Source: Candidatus Methylacidiphilales bacterium
GTDB taxonomy: Bacteria; Verrucomicrobiota; Verrucomicrobiia; Methylacidiphilales; JAAUTS01
Assembly (NCBI GenBank): GCA_028713655.1
Contig: JAQTNW010000006.1
Location: forward strand, 37,544-101,543
Length of the DNA: 64,000 nucleotides
Direction of reading: 5' to 3'
Below the pieces are notes generated by a model. It was given only the letters and a program-made list of their open reading frames with translations. It did not search any database and was not told the origin of the DNA. Below are positions 9,228 through 18,562 of the stretch, in pieces; the first letter of the stretch is position 1; every line of letters begins with the position of its first letter. A program made the translations under genes and the position numbers.

Positions 9228-9730
9228 GGGTTTCCTTTGTTTAATTTGTTCTTGTTTGCAATAGGCTTCCTTGGGCGTCAATCCAAAATTGACAGAATCA
9301 AAGAGTAATTGGCCCCAAAAGATCACAAAGGATCACAAAAGAGGTTTTATAAATAGCTGTTTCTCGCGCCAAGTTCGCCAAGCCCGCAAAGTTTTAAATT
9401 CTTGCCTGCTGTATTAAATATTTTTCTTTGTGTTTTTTGAGTTCTCTTGCGGCCCCAAAAATGGGCTATCTGCGCAATCTGCGGATAAACCTGTTCTCGT
9501 TTATCCGTATAAATCAGTGGTTAAAATTTCGCTACTCTGTGTTCTCCGCGGCTCCGTGAGAGAAATATTCTTTGCCTTCCTTTCGTGATTTTCGAGTGTT
9601 TCATGGTTCAAACTGGGTTTTAAGTCTTAAGATTCTCTGCGTCTTGGCGTCTTGTGCCCTCTGCGTTAAAGTGTCTTGCTGTCGTTGGGCTTTACGTTCC
9701 CGCCCGCCGCGCTAGGCTCCTTTTCAACGC

Positions 9731-11941
9731 ATGCAAACCAACCCGGAATCCTTTCCAGCGGCCCCACTGGGCTTTGGACGCGCCTGTGCGTTGCGCTTCC
9801 TGCGCCTGATCTGCGAGGTCCGAAAAGTCAGCGCCGCGCAATCCTGGGAACCCGGACGACAACTGCTCGCCGCCTCTCGCCTTTCCTTCGGCGAAGCTCT
9901 CGCGCTCCAGACCGATTCTTCCCTGCCGATTTGTTTTTTGGTTTATGCCAGACCTTCGCATGTCGGGTTTTGGGCGCACTGGAGCGGGTTGTTGTCCCTG
10001 CGGATCGTCTCGTCGGACTGCGCGCAGGGACTGGCCGAACATATTGAAACCTGCCGCCGCAAAGGGTATTGGGTTTGTTTGCTGACGGAAGGGATTCCTG
10101 CCGCCGATTTGGAGAAAGCCATCCGACTTTCGCACTCCAATGTCATCCCCATGGCCGCGTTGGATTATTCCCGGCTGAAACTCACCCGGAATTTCCGGCA
10201 CCTCGCCTGGCGGGGACTGAGCCGCCTCCTGGGCGTGTGTTATGGACCGGAGATCAAAGCCGCCGACTTCACCGCCGTCCGCTTCCGGCGCGACTTGTTG
10301 GAGGTGAATTCCCGCGTCGTGGAATCGCACCCTGCGCTGAAAATCCATCTGGCCGAAGCCTGTGTGCGCGGACTGAAACGGAGACAGTTCAGGGCCATCG
10401 TCATCGACACCTATGCGCACGGGCGAAAGTTCAACGGCGGCATGTTGCTGGCCGCCGCGTGGCTGCTGACGGATTGGATACGCGCAAATGCCCGCGAAGA
10501 AAGAATCGGAATCGTATTGCCGCCCGGCATCGCCGCCATGGTGGCCAACCTCGCCTGCGTCCTTTGCGGCAAGACGCCGGTGAACCTGAATTTTACTGCG
10601 GGCCGCGCCGCAAATGAATATGCCATCCGGCTCGCGGGCGTCCGGCGGATTTTGACAACCGAAATGGTTGTCAAACGGCTGGCCGATTTCCCGTGGACCG
10701 ACGACCGCTTCGATGTCGTGGACTGGCTGCTGGAAATGCCCAAGTCAAAACTGCTGGGCCGTTTTCTGCGCGTTGTTCTTACGCCGTCGAAATGGCTTCT
10801 GGAGGAACTTGATGTGCCGGAAAAGGGCGACCAGCGCGAAGCTGGCATCTTGTTTACCAGCGGCAGCTCAGGCGCTCCGAAGGGCGTCGTGCTCAGCCAT
10901 CGCAACATCATCGGCAACGTGTCGCAGCTCGAAGCCGTTTTGCCTCACAAAATGGTGCCGTCACTACTCGGAAGCCTGCCGGTGTTTCACAGCTTCGGCT
11001 TCACCGTCATGCTCTGGTGGCCGTTGATGTCAGGCCCCAGGACCGTGACCTGCGTTTCGCCATTGGAAGTGGCGAAGATTCTGGAAGTGGTTGAAAAGTA
11101 CAAAGTGGCCCTCATGGTGACAACCCCAACCTTCCTGAGGAGCTATCTGAAAAAGGCGAAGCCGGAGCAACTGGTGTCGCTGCGCATGATCGTGACCGGC
11201 GCGGAAAAATTGCCGGTTCCGCTCATGCAGGAATTCGAGGACCGGATGAAGATCATGGTGGGCGAGGGCTACGGCATGACCGAGGGCTCGCCGGCGATAG
11301 CCGTCAACCTGCCGGATTGGAGCATCGTGGGAAACGGCATCGAGGAGGCCAAGGGCCGTGTGGTCGGCAGTGTGGGTCGCGTGGTGCCGGGCGTTGCCGT
11401 GCGCGTGTGGTCGCCCGGGACCGAGGATGAGCTCCCGATCTCCAGCAGCGGAATGCTTTTGTACCGGGGCGTCAATATTTTCGGCGGGTATCTCGATGCG
11501 CCTGAAAAATCAGCCGAGGTGTTGAAGGACGGCTGGTATGTCTCCGGCGACATCGGCCGGATGGACGAGGACGGATTTTTATATATTGAAGGGCGCCTGA
11601 GCCGATTTTCAAAGATTGGCGGCGAAATGGTTCCGCACGGGACGGTGGAGCATTACCTGGTCGAGGCGTTGCGGCGTGAGCAGGGCGAGGACTTCAACCT
11701 TGTGATCATGGGCGCCTCCGATGCGAAAAAGGGCGAATCACTCGTGGCGATTGTGAACCATCCCGTGGAGAAGGAAGCGCTGCGCCGGATTTTGTCCGAG
11801 CAAGGCCTGCCGAACCTCTGGGTGCCGAAGGCTGTTAAAGTCGCGCCCGTGATCCCCCACCTCGCCAGCGGCAAACTGGATTTACAGGCTTGCCAGGCGC
11901 TTGCTAATGAAGCAGCCAGAGATACGGCTCCGCCAGTTTAA
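9731..11941 (+). CDS. AMP-dependent acyl-ACP/CoA synthetase with an about 230-aa N-terminal acyltransferase-like extension (Aas-like)
   Basis: The AMP-binding motif LFTSGSSGAPKGVVLSH, GYGMTEGSP and the C-terminal GKLD are present. N-terminal blocks LTEGIPA and SNVIPMA resemble PlsC blocks III/IV, but I see no HX4D in the first 230 aa. Confidence 0.7.
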   Translation: MQTNPESFPAAPLGFGRACALRFLRLICEVRKVSAAQSWEPGRQLLAASRLSFGEALALQTDSSLPICFLVYARPSHVGFWAHWSGLLSLRIVSSDCAQGLAEHIETCRRKGYWVCLLTEGIPAADLEKAIRLSHSNVIPMAALDYSRLKLTRNFRHLAWRGLSRLLGVCYGPEIKAADFTAVRFRRDLLEVNSRVVESHPALKIHLAEACVRGLKRRQFRAIVIDTYAHGRKFNGGMLLAAAWLLTDWIRANAREERIGIVLPPGIAAMVANLACVLCGKTPVNLNFTAGRAANEYAIRLAGVRRILTTEMVVKRLADFPWTDDRFDVVDWLLEMPKSKLLGRFLRVVLTPSKWLLEELDVPEKGDQREAGILFTSGSSGAPKGVVLSHRNIIGNVSQLEAVLPHKMVPSLLGSLPVFHSFGFTVMLWWPLMSGPRTVTCVSPLEVAKILEVVEKYKVALMVTTPTFLRSYLKKAKPEQLVSLRMIVTGAEKLPVPLMQEFEDRMKIMVGEGYGMTEGSPAIAVNLPDWSIVGNGIEEAKGRVVGSVGRVVPGVAVRVWSPGTEDELPISSSGMLLYRGVNIFGGYLDAPEKSAEVLKDGWYVSGDIGRMDEDGFLYIEGRLSRFSKIGGEMVPHGTVEHYLVEALRREQGEDFNLVIMGASDAKKGESLVAIVNHPVEKEALRRILSEQGLPNLWVPKAVKVAPVIPHLASGKLDLQACQALANEAARDTAPPV

Positions 11942-12167
11942 AGCAGGAGCCGTCAACATTCAGCGTTCGGCTCTCAGCTTTGTACCCGGTTTCCGTTCTG
12001 CCCGACTTTCTGAATTCATAATTTCCTCCATTTTCATGGGTGACTTTTTGAGTTATTATGCGATAACTTCTCTCCACTGGGGGTTATTAAGGCATTACTA
12101 GTTTAGGGAAATACGGAAAAGAGGGCATCCGAACTGGATCAAGCTGAAAGGCTCAACTACATTCGAT

Positions 12168-13220
12168 ATGAATACACGAAGCATCGCATTACTGTGTGTC
12201 AGCCTTATTATTTGCACTTACATTGTGTCCAGCTTTTTTGCAAAGACGGCAATTAAAGCCGCTGAAACTGGAACTTCCGTCATAAAAGAGCCAATTCAGG
12301 ATATAACAAAACTACCAAGTGAAGTCCTCGATTCCATAAAAGTGGGGATCAAGGCAGTCTGGAACGACAAACTAGCTGACCAGCAACGCGAAATTGATAG
12401 ACTCAACATCGAAAGATCTAATTTAGATTCGGAAATTAATAGACTAAGGTCTCAAAGCGTAAAGATAACTGATATTCAAACGCAATTAACCCTGAATGTT
12501 ATTTCCTGTGATGAGTCAATTTGGGATTGTAAAAAAATAGCGATTCAAAACGACACCTACCCATGGTTCGATCCTAATCCTATGCATAGAGACTATACTC
12601 TTGAGTACGTTGGAGTTATGGAATTAAAATACAAAAAAAATATCGGAATAGATTTGGAAAAACTGCGATTCAAGCTGGATAGGAATTCAAGAACCATCCT
12701 CATTGACGGATTCGACCGTGCCGTTAAGACCTCAATCGATAAAATACCAGTTGAGGAATGGAAGATGTCGGAAATACGAAAGCTTGAAAAGCCATCAAAA
12801 TTATACCCGTATCAAACATCATCTATTATAAGTGATCCCAGCATAGAAAACCAAAAAGCCGCCCAAAAGCAAGAAGTAGTGGATAGAACTAACACTGCTC
12901 CTGTCCCAGAGTATTTGCAAATGCTAGCAAAGCAATTAACGTGCAAGTGGCTCACAGCATTATTTAGTCTTGCTGATTATCGCGTTGAAGTTGGATCAGT
13001 TGGCACCAATGAGGGCTTTACTTCGAGTAATATTTGCACTCAACTTCACGAGAATGTTGATAACGAAATACAAGTCAAAAGCAAAGCAATCGAGAAAAAT
13101 GATGCATTACTTCGAAATACAAAGTTGGAGTACAACAAGGCCTTTGAAAAAGCTGTAGACGAGCAGATCGATAATGCAAAGAAACTAAGTAACCAGACTA
13201 ATGAATCCACTAAGCAATGA
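12168..13220 (+). CDS. membrane-anchored coiled-coil protein with a DUF4230-like core (AT-rich island 1)
   Basis: N-terminal TM (IALLCVSLIICTYIVSSFF) and a coiled coil (QQREIDRLNIERSNLDSEINRLRSQ). The segment YVGVMELKYKKNIGIDLEKLRFKLDRNSRTILIDGFD resembles the DUF4230 pattern from memory. GC content is much lower than in the flanks. Confidence 0.6.
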   Translation: MNTRSIALLCVSLIICTYIVSSFFAKTAIKAAETGTSVIKEPIQDITKLPSEVLDSIKVGIKAVWNDKLADQQREIDRLNIERSNLDSEINRLRSQSVKITDIQTQLTLNVISCDESIWDCKKIAIQNDTYPWFDPNPMHRDYTLEYVGVMELKYKKNIGIDLEKLRFKLDRNSRTILIDGFDRAVKTSIDKIPVEEWKMSEIRKLEKPSKLYPYQTSSIISDPSIENQKAAQKQEVVDRTNTAPVPEYLQMLAKQLTCKWLTALFSLADYRVEVGSVGTNEGFTSSNICTQLHENVDNEIQVKSKAIEKNDALLRNTKLEYNKAFEKAVDEQIDNAKKLSNQTNESTKQ

Positions 13221-13230
13221 ATATAACTGC

Positions 13231-13247
13231 GGGTCGCGGCTTGACAT
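13231..13247 (+). repeat. 17-nt post-ORF repeat gggtcgcggcttgacat, copy 1
   Basis: Begins 10 nt after the stop codon at 13220. It is identical to 13730..13746. Confidence 0.8.
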
Positions 13248-13296
13248 GAACGAAATGATCCGCGCTCGCTAGCGCCTAATTACAAACTATGAGCTT

Positions 13297-13716
13297 ATGA
13301 ATCTCCATCCTAAAGAAAAGTACAAGCTGGAATACGCGGAAGTGGGCCGCCTGCGGCAACATTACAGCACTATCAGATCAAGCTTGACTACATTTGCCAT
13401 GACATCTTCTTTGGCGGCATTCGCCAAATTCTTATCAGAAGCGCCAAGGCCATTGTATCTGGCTTTAATTGGATGGTTTATGTTCGTCGTTGCATTCATT
13501 GCTTGTTTTGTGTTTTCATATCGAACTGAAAAAGCTAATCTTTACGCAGAAATTCTTTGGCGCTGGTTCAAGTCAGAAAAGCAAAGCGAGCCTCCAAGTT
13601 TCTTGCAGTACAAAGAGAAAAGATGTGATGTGGTTTGTCAGATGTTGAGAGATGAAATGAATTGGTTTATGCTGGTAGCTCTTCTATTGATTGTAGTAGC
13701 GGCCTTTTATTTCTGA
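13297..13716 (+). CDS. small multi-pass membrane protein (AT-rich island 1)
   Basis: 139 aa with three hydrophobic segments (TTFAMTSSLAAFAKFL; LYLALIGWFMFVVAFIACFVFSY; WFMLVALLLIVVAAFYF). It shares the low GC of the upstream gene. I recognise no domain. Confidence 0.55.
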   Translation: MNLHPKEKYKLEYAEVGRLRQHYSTIRSSLTTFAMTSSLAAFAKFLSEAPRPLYLALIGWFMFVVAFIACFVFSYRTEKANLYAEILWRWFKSEKQSEPPSFLQYKEKRCDVVCQMLRDEMNWFMLVALLLIVVAAFYF

Positions 13717-13729
13717 CTGATACTGATTG

Positions 13730-13746
13730 GGGTCGCGGCTTGACAT
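13730..13746 (+). repeat. 17-nt post-ORF repeat gggtcgcggcttgacat, copy 2
   Basis: Begins 13 nt after the stop codon at 13716. The left-extended form attggggtcgcggc recurs at 14626..14639. Confidence 0.8.
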
Positions 13747-13960
13747 TGACAAAATCACAAATCGAGATGAACCTCGTCGTGCTGCCGGGAGCGGCATGGG
13801 ATGGATCGACACGTTCTGCGGTTGCCGGACTCGCGATGACGAATCACTTGAGTTTGTCCCCGCTGGTATAGAGACCGACGCACCGCGTCATTGCGAGGAG
13901 AACGGCGGAGTCGGCCCTGTTCATCCTGTCAAAAATGTGTTTCCCTTTTGCGTTTTTTTG

Positions 13961-14086
13961 CGTTGTTTCGCGGGCAACATAAACCCCCTTGTCAGGGGGA
14001 TGGAAACTGAGGAAACAGAAGGTGAACAAAATTCTCCGTTTACTCTGCCTGCTCGCGATGCCTATCGGAGTTAGCTCCTGTTAGAG
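13961..14086 (+). repeat. 126-bp direct repeat, copy 1 (contains the cccccttgtcagggggatgg motif)
   Basis: Hand alignment with 14409..14534 gives 3 mismatches in 126 nt. Confidence 0.9.
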
Positions 14087-14408
14087 CATATTGTATTTAT
14101 TCTGCCGCACGTTCATGCGTTCTGCGGCGGCGGACGAGGAGCGCAGCGACGCGGCAATCCGGAAACCAGCTTATGGGTATGGAGTGGATCGTCACGGCCC
14201 AACTCCGACATGCGTCGCGAGTGGAATAACCACACACCCCGAAGCGGTCGCCGCGGCGACCTTTCCGCCCCTCTTGATAGAGGGGACTTTTAAAGCAGGA
14301 GCTCATAGCCATCCCAGCTTTCAACATCCATTTTTATTCGTGGTTAAGTTTTTCCTCCATTTTTGTGATTTTTGCGCCTTTTCGCGGCCAAACGGTTTTA
14401 AATTTTCG

Positions 14409-14534
14409 CGTTGTTTCGCGGGCAACACAAACCCCCTTGTCAGGGGGATGGAAACTGAGGAAACAGAGGGTGAACAAAATTCTCCGTTTACTCTGCCTGC
14501 TCGCGATGCCTATCTGAGTTAGCTCCTGTTAGAG
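14409..14534 (+). repeat. 126-bp direct repeat, copy 2
   Basis: See copy 1. The repeat period is 448 bp. Confidence 0.9.
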
Positions 14535-14760
14535 AAAAGTGGAAAACATCCGCCGGACAGGATGTCCGCCGGGTGCGGGCAAGATGCCCGCGCTCCTGTA
14601 AGACACAAAACAATTTCATGCGGGGATTGGGGTCGCGGCGGACGCACTTTAAAAATGTATTCCTGCGTCTTCGCGTGTGCCGCAGGCGCATGGCGACTCT
14701 GGGTTAAAGTCATACACACTCCAAAGCTTATGGAGAAGCCCTTCGCAGGGTGGAAAGGCT

Positions 14761-15780
14761 TTACTCACCCGTCCATGGCCCGAACAACTTATACATGGCC
14801 TCGGCGGGAAAATATTTGCCCGGGCATGCCGTCGGCCGGATGTTGATGTCGCGGTGCACCACAAACCGCGGCTTGATATGTTCCACGTTTTGAACCCTGT
14901 CCTGCAGATACGTGATCAACTCGATCAGCGCCGCCATTTGTTTGCGCGTCGGCCGGGTGGTGTTGAAATCCCCGACCAGGCAGATTCCGATCGCCACCTC
15001 GTCCTGCTCCTCACTGCGGAGATGTCCGCCCTGCAACTGCTTGAGCCAGCGATTGCCCACTTCAATCTCTCCGTCGCCGGTGTCGGTCCCGTTCCCGATG
15101 ACAAAATGATAGGCCATGCCGTTTTCCATTCCCCTGACATTCCGGTGATAATATTCAAAAATGCGAGCGCTGCCGTTGGGCGTGCCGCTGTGATGCACGA
15201 CAATATAACGCCAGATGCGTGAGCCAATCCTCGGCTCGTCGATCTTGTCCTTGGCCCTTGAAACAAACAGGTAGCGTGGCGCCACCCTGGGCGGTTTCGG
15301 AGCCGGACTGTTCTCGATCCGGGCAACCGGCACCGCACGGAGCGGAGATCCTGTCTTCAAGAGCAACTTTTGCCCAACCCGGATCTGTCCGTTGCGCAAT
15401 CCATTGAGGCGCATGATTTCCGCCGGAGAGACTCCAGATTGCCGCGAAATACTGGATAGGGTATCCCCCTTTTTTACAACATAAAATTCCGGCTCGCCTG
15501 AGTCTTCCTGCGATTTATCCTTCCCGGGCTTTTCCAATGCAGAATTCCCGCCAGACCCGGCACCAGGGATTTGGACCGCATCTCCGGGCTTGAGGGAACG
15601 GCTGTCGATTCCGGGGTTGGCCGCCACAATCTCACTCACCGACACGCCATAGTTGTGGCTCAGGCTGTAGAGTGTCTCTCCCTTTTTTACCGTGTGGGTG
15701 GCCGCGTCAGCAACCTGCAACAGCAGCAGGAAAATGACTCCGCACGCCGAAAGAAACCGTTTGCACATAATCGGGCTCAT
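14761..15780 (-). CDS. LysM-domain N-acetylmuramoyl-L-alanine amidase (amidase_2 / PGRP fold)
   Basis: Signal peptide, then two LysM repeats (HTVKKGETLYSLSHNYGVSVSEIVAANP; YVVKKGDTLSSISRQSGVSPAEIMRLNG). The amidase core is YIVVHHSGTPNG...AYHFVIGNG...VVHRDI...TACPG. Confidence 0.8.
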   Translation of the reverse strand: MSPIMCKRFLSACGVIFLLLLQVADAATHTVKKGETLYSLSHNYGVSVSEIVAANPGIDSRSLKPGDAVQIPGAGSGGNSALEKPGKDKSQEDSGEPEFYVVKKGDTLSSISRQSGVSPAEIMRLNGLRNGQIRVGQKLLLKTGSPLRAVPVARIENSPAPKPPRVAPRYLFVSRAKDKIDEPRIGSRIWRYIVVHHSGTPNGSARIFEYYHRNVRGMENGMAYHFVIGNGTDTGDGEIEVGNRWLKQLQGGHLRSEEQDEVAIGICLVGDFNTTRPTRKQMAALIELITYLQDRVQNVEHIKPRFVVHRDINIRPTACPGKYFPAEAMYKLFGPWTGE

Positions 15781-15822
15781 TCTGGAAAATTAGCCTTTTG
15801 TGCCGCCCGATTCGGTTTTATC

Positions 15823-16623
15823 ATGATCCAAGGCATGCAACATCCTTCCAAAGTCCTTCACGACAAGCAAAGCGAAAGAGACACGCGCAAGCTCCGCATC
15901 GACAAGGTGGGGGTCAAGGGACTGAAACATCCCATTGAAATCGCCGACAAGGCCCACCATCGCCAGAACACCGTTGCGACCATCGCCTTGACGGTGGATC
16001 TGCCCCACCATTTCAAGGGCACCCACATGAGCCGTTTTGTCGAGGCTTTGAATTCACACGGACGCCTGATCCAGGTTGAGAGCATCCCCAGGATTCTCAA
16101 AAGCCTGCAAGCACGCCTGGAAGCCAAGACCGCCCATCTGGAAATGGAGTTTCCCTTCTTTCTGGAAAAGAAGGCGCCGGCCACATCTGCGGTTGGGCTG
16201 CTCGATTACATGGTACGCTTTGACGCCCAGGCGAACGGCAAACGCACGGAGTTCAGGGTCACCGTGGTGGTGCCGGTCACGACCCTTTGCCCCTGCAGCA
16301 AGGCCATCAGCGCCCGCGGCGCGCACAACCAACGGGGCCACGTCACGCTTGCGGTCGAGTTTAAAAAAATCGTCTGGATCGAGGACTTGATCTCACTGGT
16401 CGAGCAATCGGCCAGTTGCGAATTGTATTCACTGCTGAAACGCCCGGATGAAAAGTACGTCACGGAAAAGGCGTATGACAATCCCGTCTTTGTCGAGGAC
16501 CTGGTCCGGAACGTCGCGCTTCGCTGCAACGCCCACCCTCACATCACCTGGTACCGGGTTGAGGCTGAAAACATGGAGAGCATTCACAATCACAACGCCT
16601 ATGCGATGATTGAGAAGGGGTGA
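15823..16623 (+). CDS. folE2: GTP cyclohydrolase FolE2 (type IB)
   Basis: IDKVGVKGLKHPI, KGTHMSRF, TTLCPCSKAIS..GAHNQRG and ENMESIHNHNAYA match FolE2/MptA-family blocks. I chose the ATG at 15823 because the track start at 15571 overlaps the amidase gene. Confidence 0.85.
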   Translation: MIQGMQHPSKVLHDKQSERDTRKLRIDKVGVKGLKHPIEIADKAHHRQNTVATIALTVDLPHHFKGTHMSRFVEALNSHGRLIQVESIPRILKSLQARLEAKTAHLEMEFPFFLEKKAPATSAVGLLDYMVRFDAQANGKRTEFRVTVVVPVTTLCPCSKAISARGAHNQRGHVTLAVEFKKIVWIEDLISLVEQSASCELYSLLKRPDEKYVTEKAYDNPVFVEDLVRNVALRCNAHPHITWYRVEAENMESIHNHNAYAMIEKG

Positions 16624-16638
16624 CGGCGGAGGAACGAC

Positions 16639-17166
16639 ATGAAAGCCCTGCCCCGGATCGTAAAGTTGCATGGCGGCCAATACCTGCTGCGCGCCCTTGG
16701 CCCGCCCGACATGGAGCAGCTCAGGACCTTTTTTTATTCCCACACGCCCGAGACCATTCACCTCCGCTATGGGTATATGATCAAGGACATGACGCCGGAA
16801 CGCGCCGCCCTCCTCGTCGGAGTGGACCAAACCCGCGATTTTGCGCTTGGGATTTTCGAGGATTCACCAAAGGGACAAATCCTCGACGCGGTGGGGCGCT
16901 ATTGCCTGGATGACACCGGCGCATCAGCCGAGATGGCTTTTGTTGTCCGTGAAAGCAAACGCGGGTTGGGCATGGCAAGCTTGCTGCTTCAAACCCTGGT
17001 TGACGCCGCGCAAAGCCGGCATTTGATGGAAGCGTGGGCCAGCGTTGCGCCCGACAATCACACAATGCTGCATTTGTTGCACAAGGCGGGATTCAAAACC
17101 GGCAAGCCCTCATCCGACGGCAATCTGGTGTGGAGACTCGGTCTTTCAAAAAAGCCAGCCAGATGA
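16639..17166 (+). CDS. GNAT-family N-acetyltransferase
   Basis: RBS ggaggaa. The acetyl-CoA binding-like segment is VVRESKRGLGMASLLLQTLVDAA. It sits 15 nt after folE2. Confidence 0.6.
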   Translation: MKALPRIVKLHGGQYLLRALGPPDMEQLRTFFYSHTPETIHLRYGYMIKDMTPERAALLVGVDQTRDFALGIFEDSPKGQILDAVGRYCLDDTGASAEMAFVVRESKRGLGMASLLLQTLVDAAQSRHLMEAWASVAPDNHTMLHLLHKAGFKTGKPSSDGNLVWRLGLSKKPAR

Positions 17167-17316
17167 TCTAACAATCGAAAAAGCTAAATTTTTAACAGGA
17201 AGATCGCAAAAAACGTTTTTGCAAAGCGAGCGTGGAAATGGGAAAAGTCAAAAGTGTGAATTAGAAAACCCTCTGCGTTCACGGCGACTGCGGTGAAAGC
17301 GCTTTGTTTGATCCGT

Positions 17317-18519
17317 TTAATGCGAGACCCAATATTCCAGCGGGTTGTTCATGCGCTCCGCCAGTTCCGCCGTGTAGCCCTGCCATTCGGCCGCGGATGT
17401 AAACCGTCCGTCCCTGTCCCAGGCGTGCAGATAATAGACGAGCACCGGGAAATCCGGTTTCCGCAAATACACCAAATGGTCGCCGATTGTGTCCACCCCC
17501 GGCGGGCTTTCAATGAAATCACGGGGGCGAAAAATAAGCGCCGATGCCAGAAAGGCGGAGACCGGCTTCGCAGGGTCCTCCACGATGACAGAACCTTGCG
17601 AGGTAAGGACAAGCCGGTTGTCGAATAGTTGCAACCTCTCCTGTCCGGGCAAGGAAGTTATGCCGGCGCCAAATTTCAAGGGGATGGAATTGTCGGGCCA
17701 ATGCACCGCATGAAATTCAACCTTGAGAAAGCGCTGGCCTGCGTCGATTTCGATCCGTTCGGAAAGTTCGACATTCCCGGCCTGTGTTTGCCAGTTTTTG
17801 ATGCTGAGGTCCACAATTCCGCGCAAGGGGCCGGAAGCAACAAGCCCGTATGTGGTTTGGGCCTGATTATCAAATGGCCGTTCGTTTCCCGCCGAGCCGG
17901 GCCCGCAATTCAAAAACACCGAACCGGCACCCATACCCGCACCCGGACGCAGATAATTCGAGGCCACCGGTGCGGTTCCTACTTTTCCCCTCATGAAAAT
18001 TGTTTTGGCGCCGAGGAGAGCCGGATTCGTCTTTCCATAGACATTCAAGCTCTGCGCGTCGAAACAGGCGTAGGCCAGCCACTCGGATTCCCATACGGCG
18101 CCCTGCAGACCCGGAACGACCTGATTTAAAAGATGGGCATCCGCCCGTTTCAAAAACGCATGCCGCGACATTTCTCCCGGGTAACACAAGCATGAGATGC
18201 TTTCATACGGGCCCAATGAAACCTCAAAAAAAAGTTCATCCGGCCTGCCATCTCCGTCAAGGTCGTCGATTTGAAATGGAATATCCCGGCCTGCCGAATC
18301 CCTCAGCGCCATTCCATTCCTACGTACGGAGGACGGAAGTTTCCCCAACGGAATGGAAATGCCTTCATCATTCCGGATCAACCCCGTGGGATTGCTGACC
18401 GTAATGCAAATCGGCTGGTTGCCCCTGGAACAGCCCGCTGCCAGAACCGACAGCAGACTCAGAACAAAGACGGCAAAAAAACGGTTCCGCGCCTGCCTGG
18501 TGGACTTCGAAACTGCCAT
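17317..18519 (-). CDS. DUF4861-like lipoprotein
   Basis: Lipobox LAAGCS. The blocks ITVSNPTGLIRNDEGISIPL, IPFQIDDLDGDGRPDELFFEV and AVWESEWLAYACFD resemble the DUF4861 family as I recall it. Confidence 0.45.
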   Translation of the reverse strand: MAVSKSTRQARNRFFAVFVLSLLSVLAAGCSRGNQPICITVSNPTGLIRNDEGISIPLGKLPSSVRRNGMALRDSAGRDIPFQIDDLDGDGRPDELFFEVSLGPYESISCLCYPGEMSRHAFLKRADAHLLNQVVPGLQGAVWESEWLAYACFDAQSLNVYGKTNPALLGAKTIFMRGKVGTAPVASNYLRPGAGMGAGSVFLNCGPGSAGNERPFDNQAQTTYGLVASGPLRGIVDLSIKNWQTQAGNVELSERIEIDAGQRFLKVEFHAVHWPDNSIPLKFGAGITSLPGQERLQLFDNRLVLTSQGSVIVEDPAKPVSAFLASALIFRPRDFIESPPGVDTIGDHLVYLRKPDFPVLVYYLHAWDRDGRFTSAAEWQGYTAELAERMNNPLEYWVSH

Positions 18520-18562
18520 GGAAAAGGAGCATGGCCGAATCCCCCCTATTGTTCAAGCCGGG

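Noticed and set aside
9731-10420. The N-terminal about 230 aa of the aas-like protein as an inactivated PlsC-type acyltransferase (no HX4D motif found; SHVGFWA sits at the expected place).
   Set aside because: I cannot establish by eye that this region is homologous to PlsC. The blocks LTEGIPA and SNVIPMA are suggestive only. It needs an HMM or structure comparison before being called a degenerate active site.
13228-13300. The 17-mer trailers as integron attC sites (gene cassettes).
   Set aside because: There is an imperfect inverted repeat (gcgggtcgcgg ... ccgcgctcgc). However, I find no paired RYYYAAC/GTTRRRY core sites, no intI gene in 64 kb, and only two cassettes. I kept it as an open cassette-boundary idea inside the island finding.
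13961-14534. Possible CRISPR array.
   Set aside because: There are only two repeats, each 126 bp long and spaced 448 bp apart. I saw no short, regularly spaced repeat series anywhere in the window and no cas genes.
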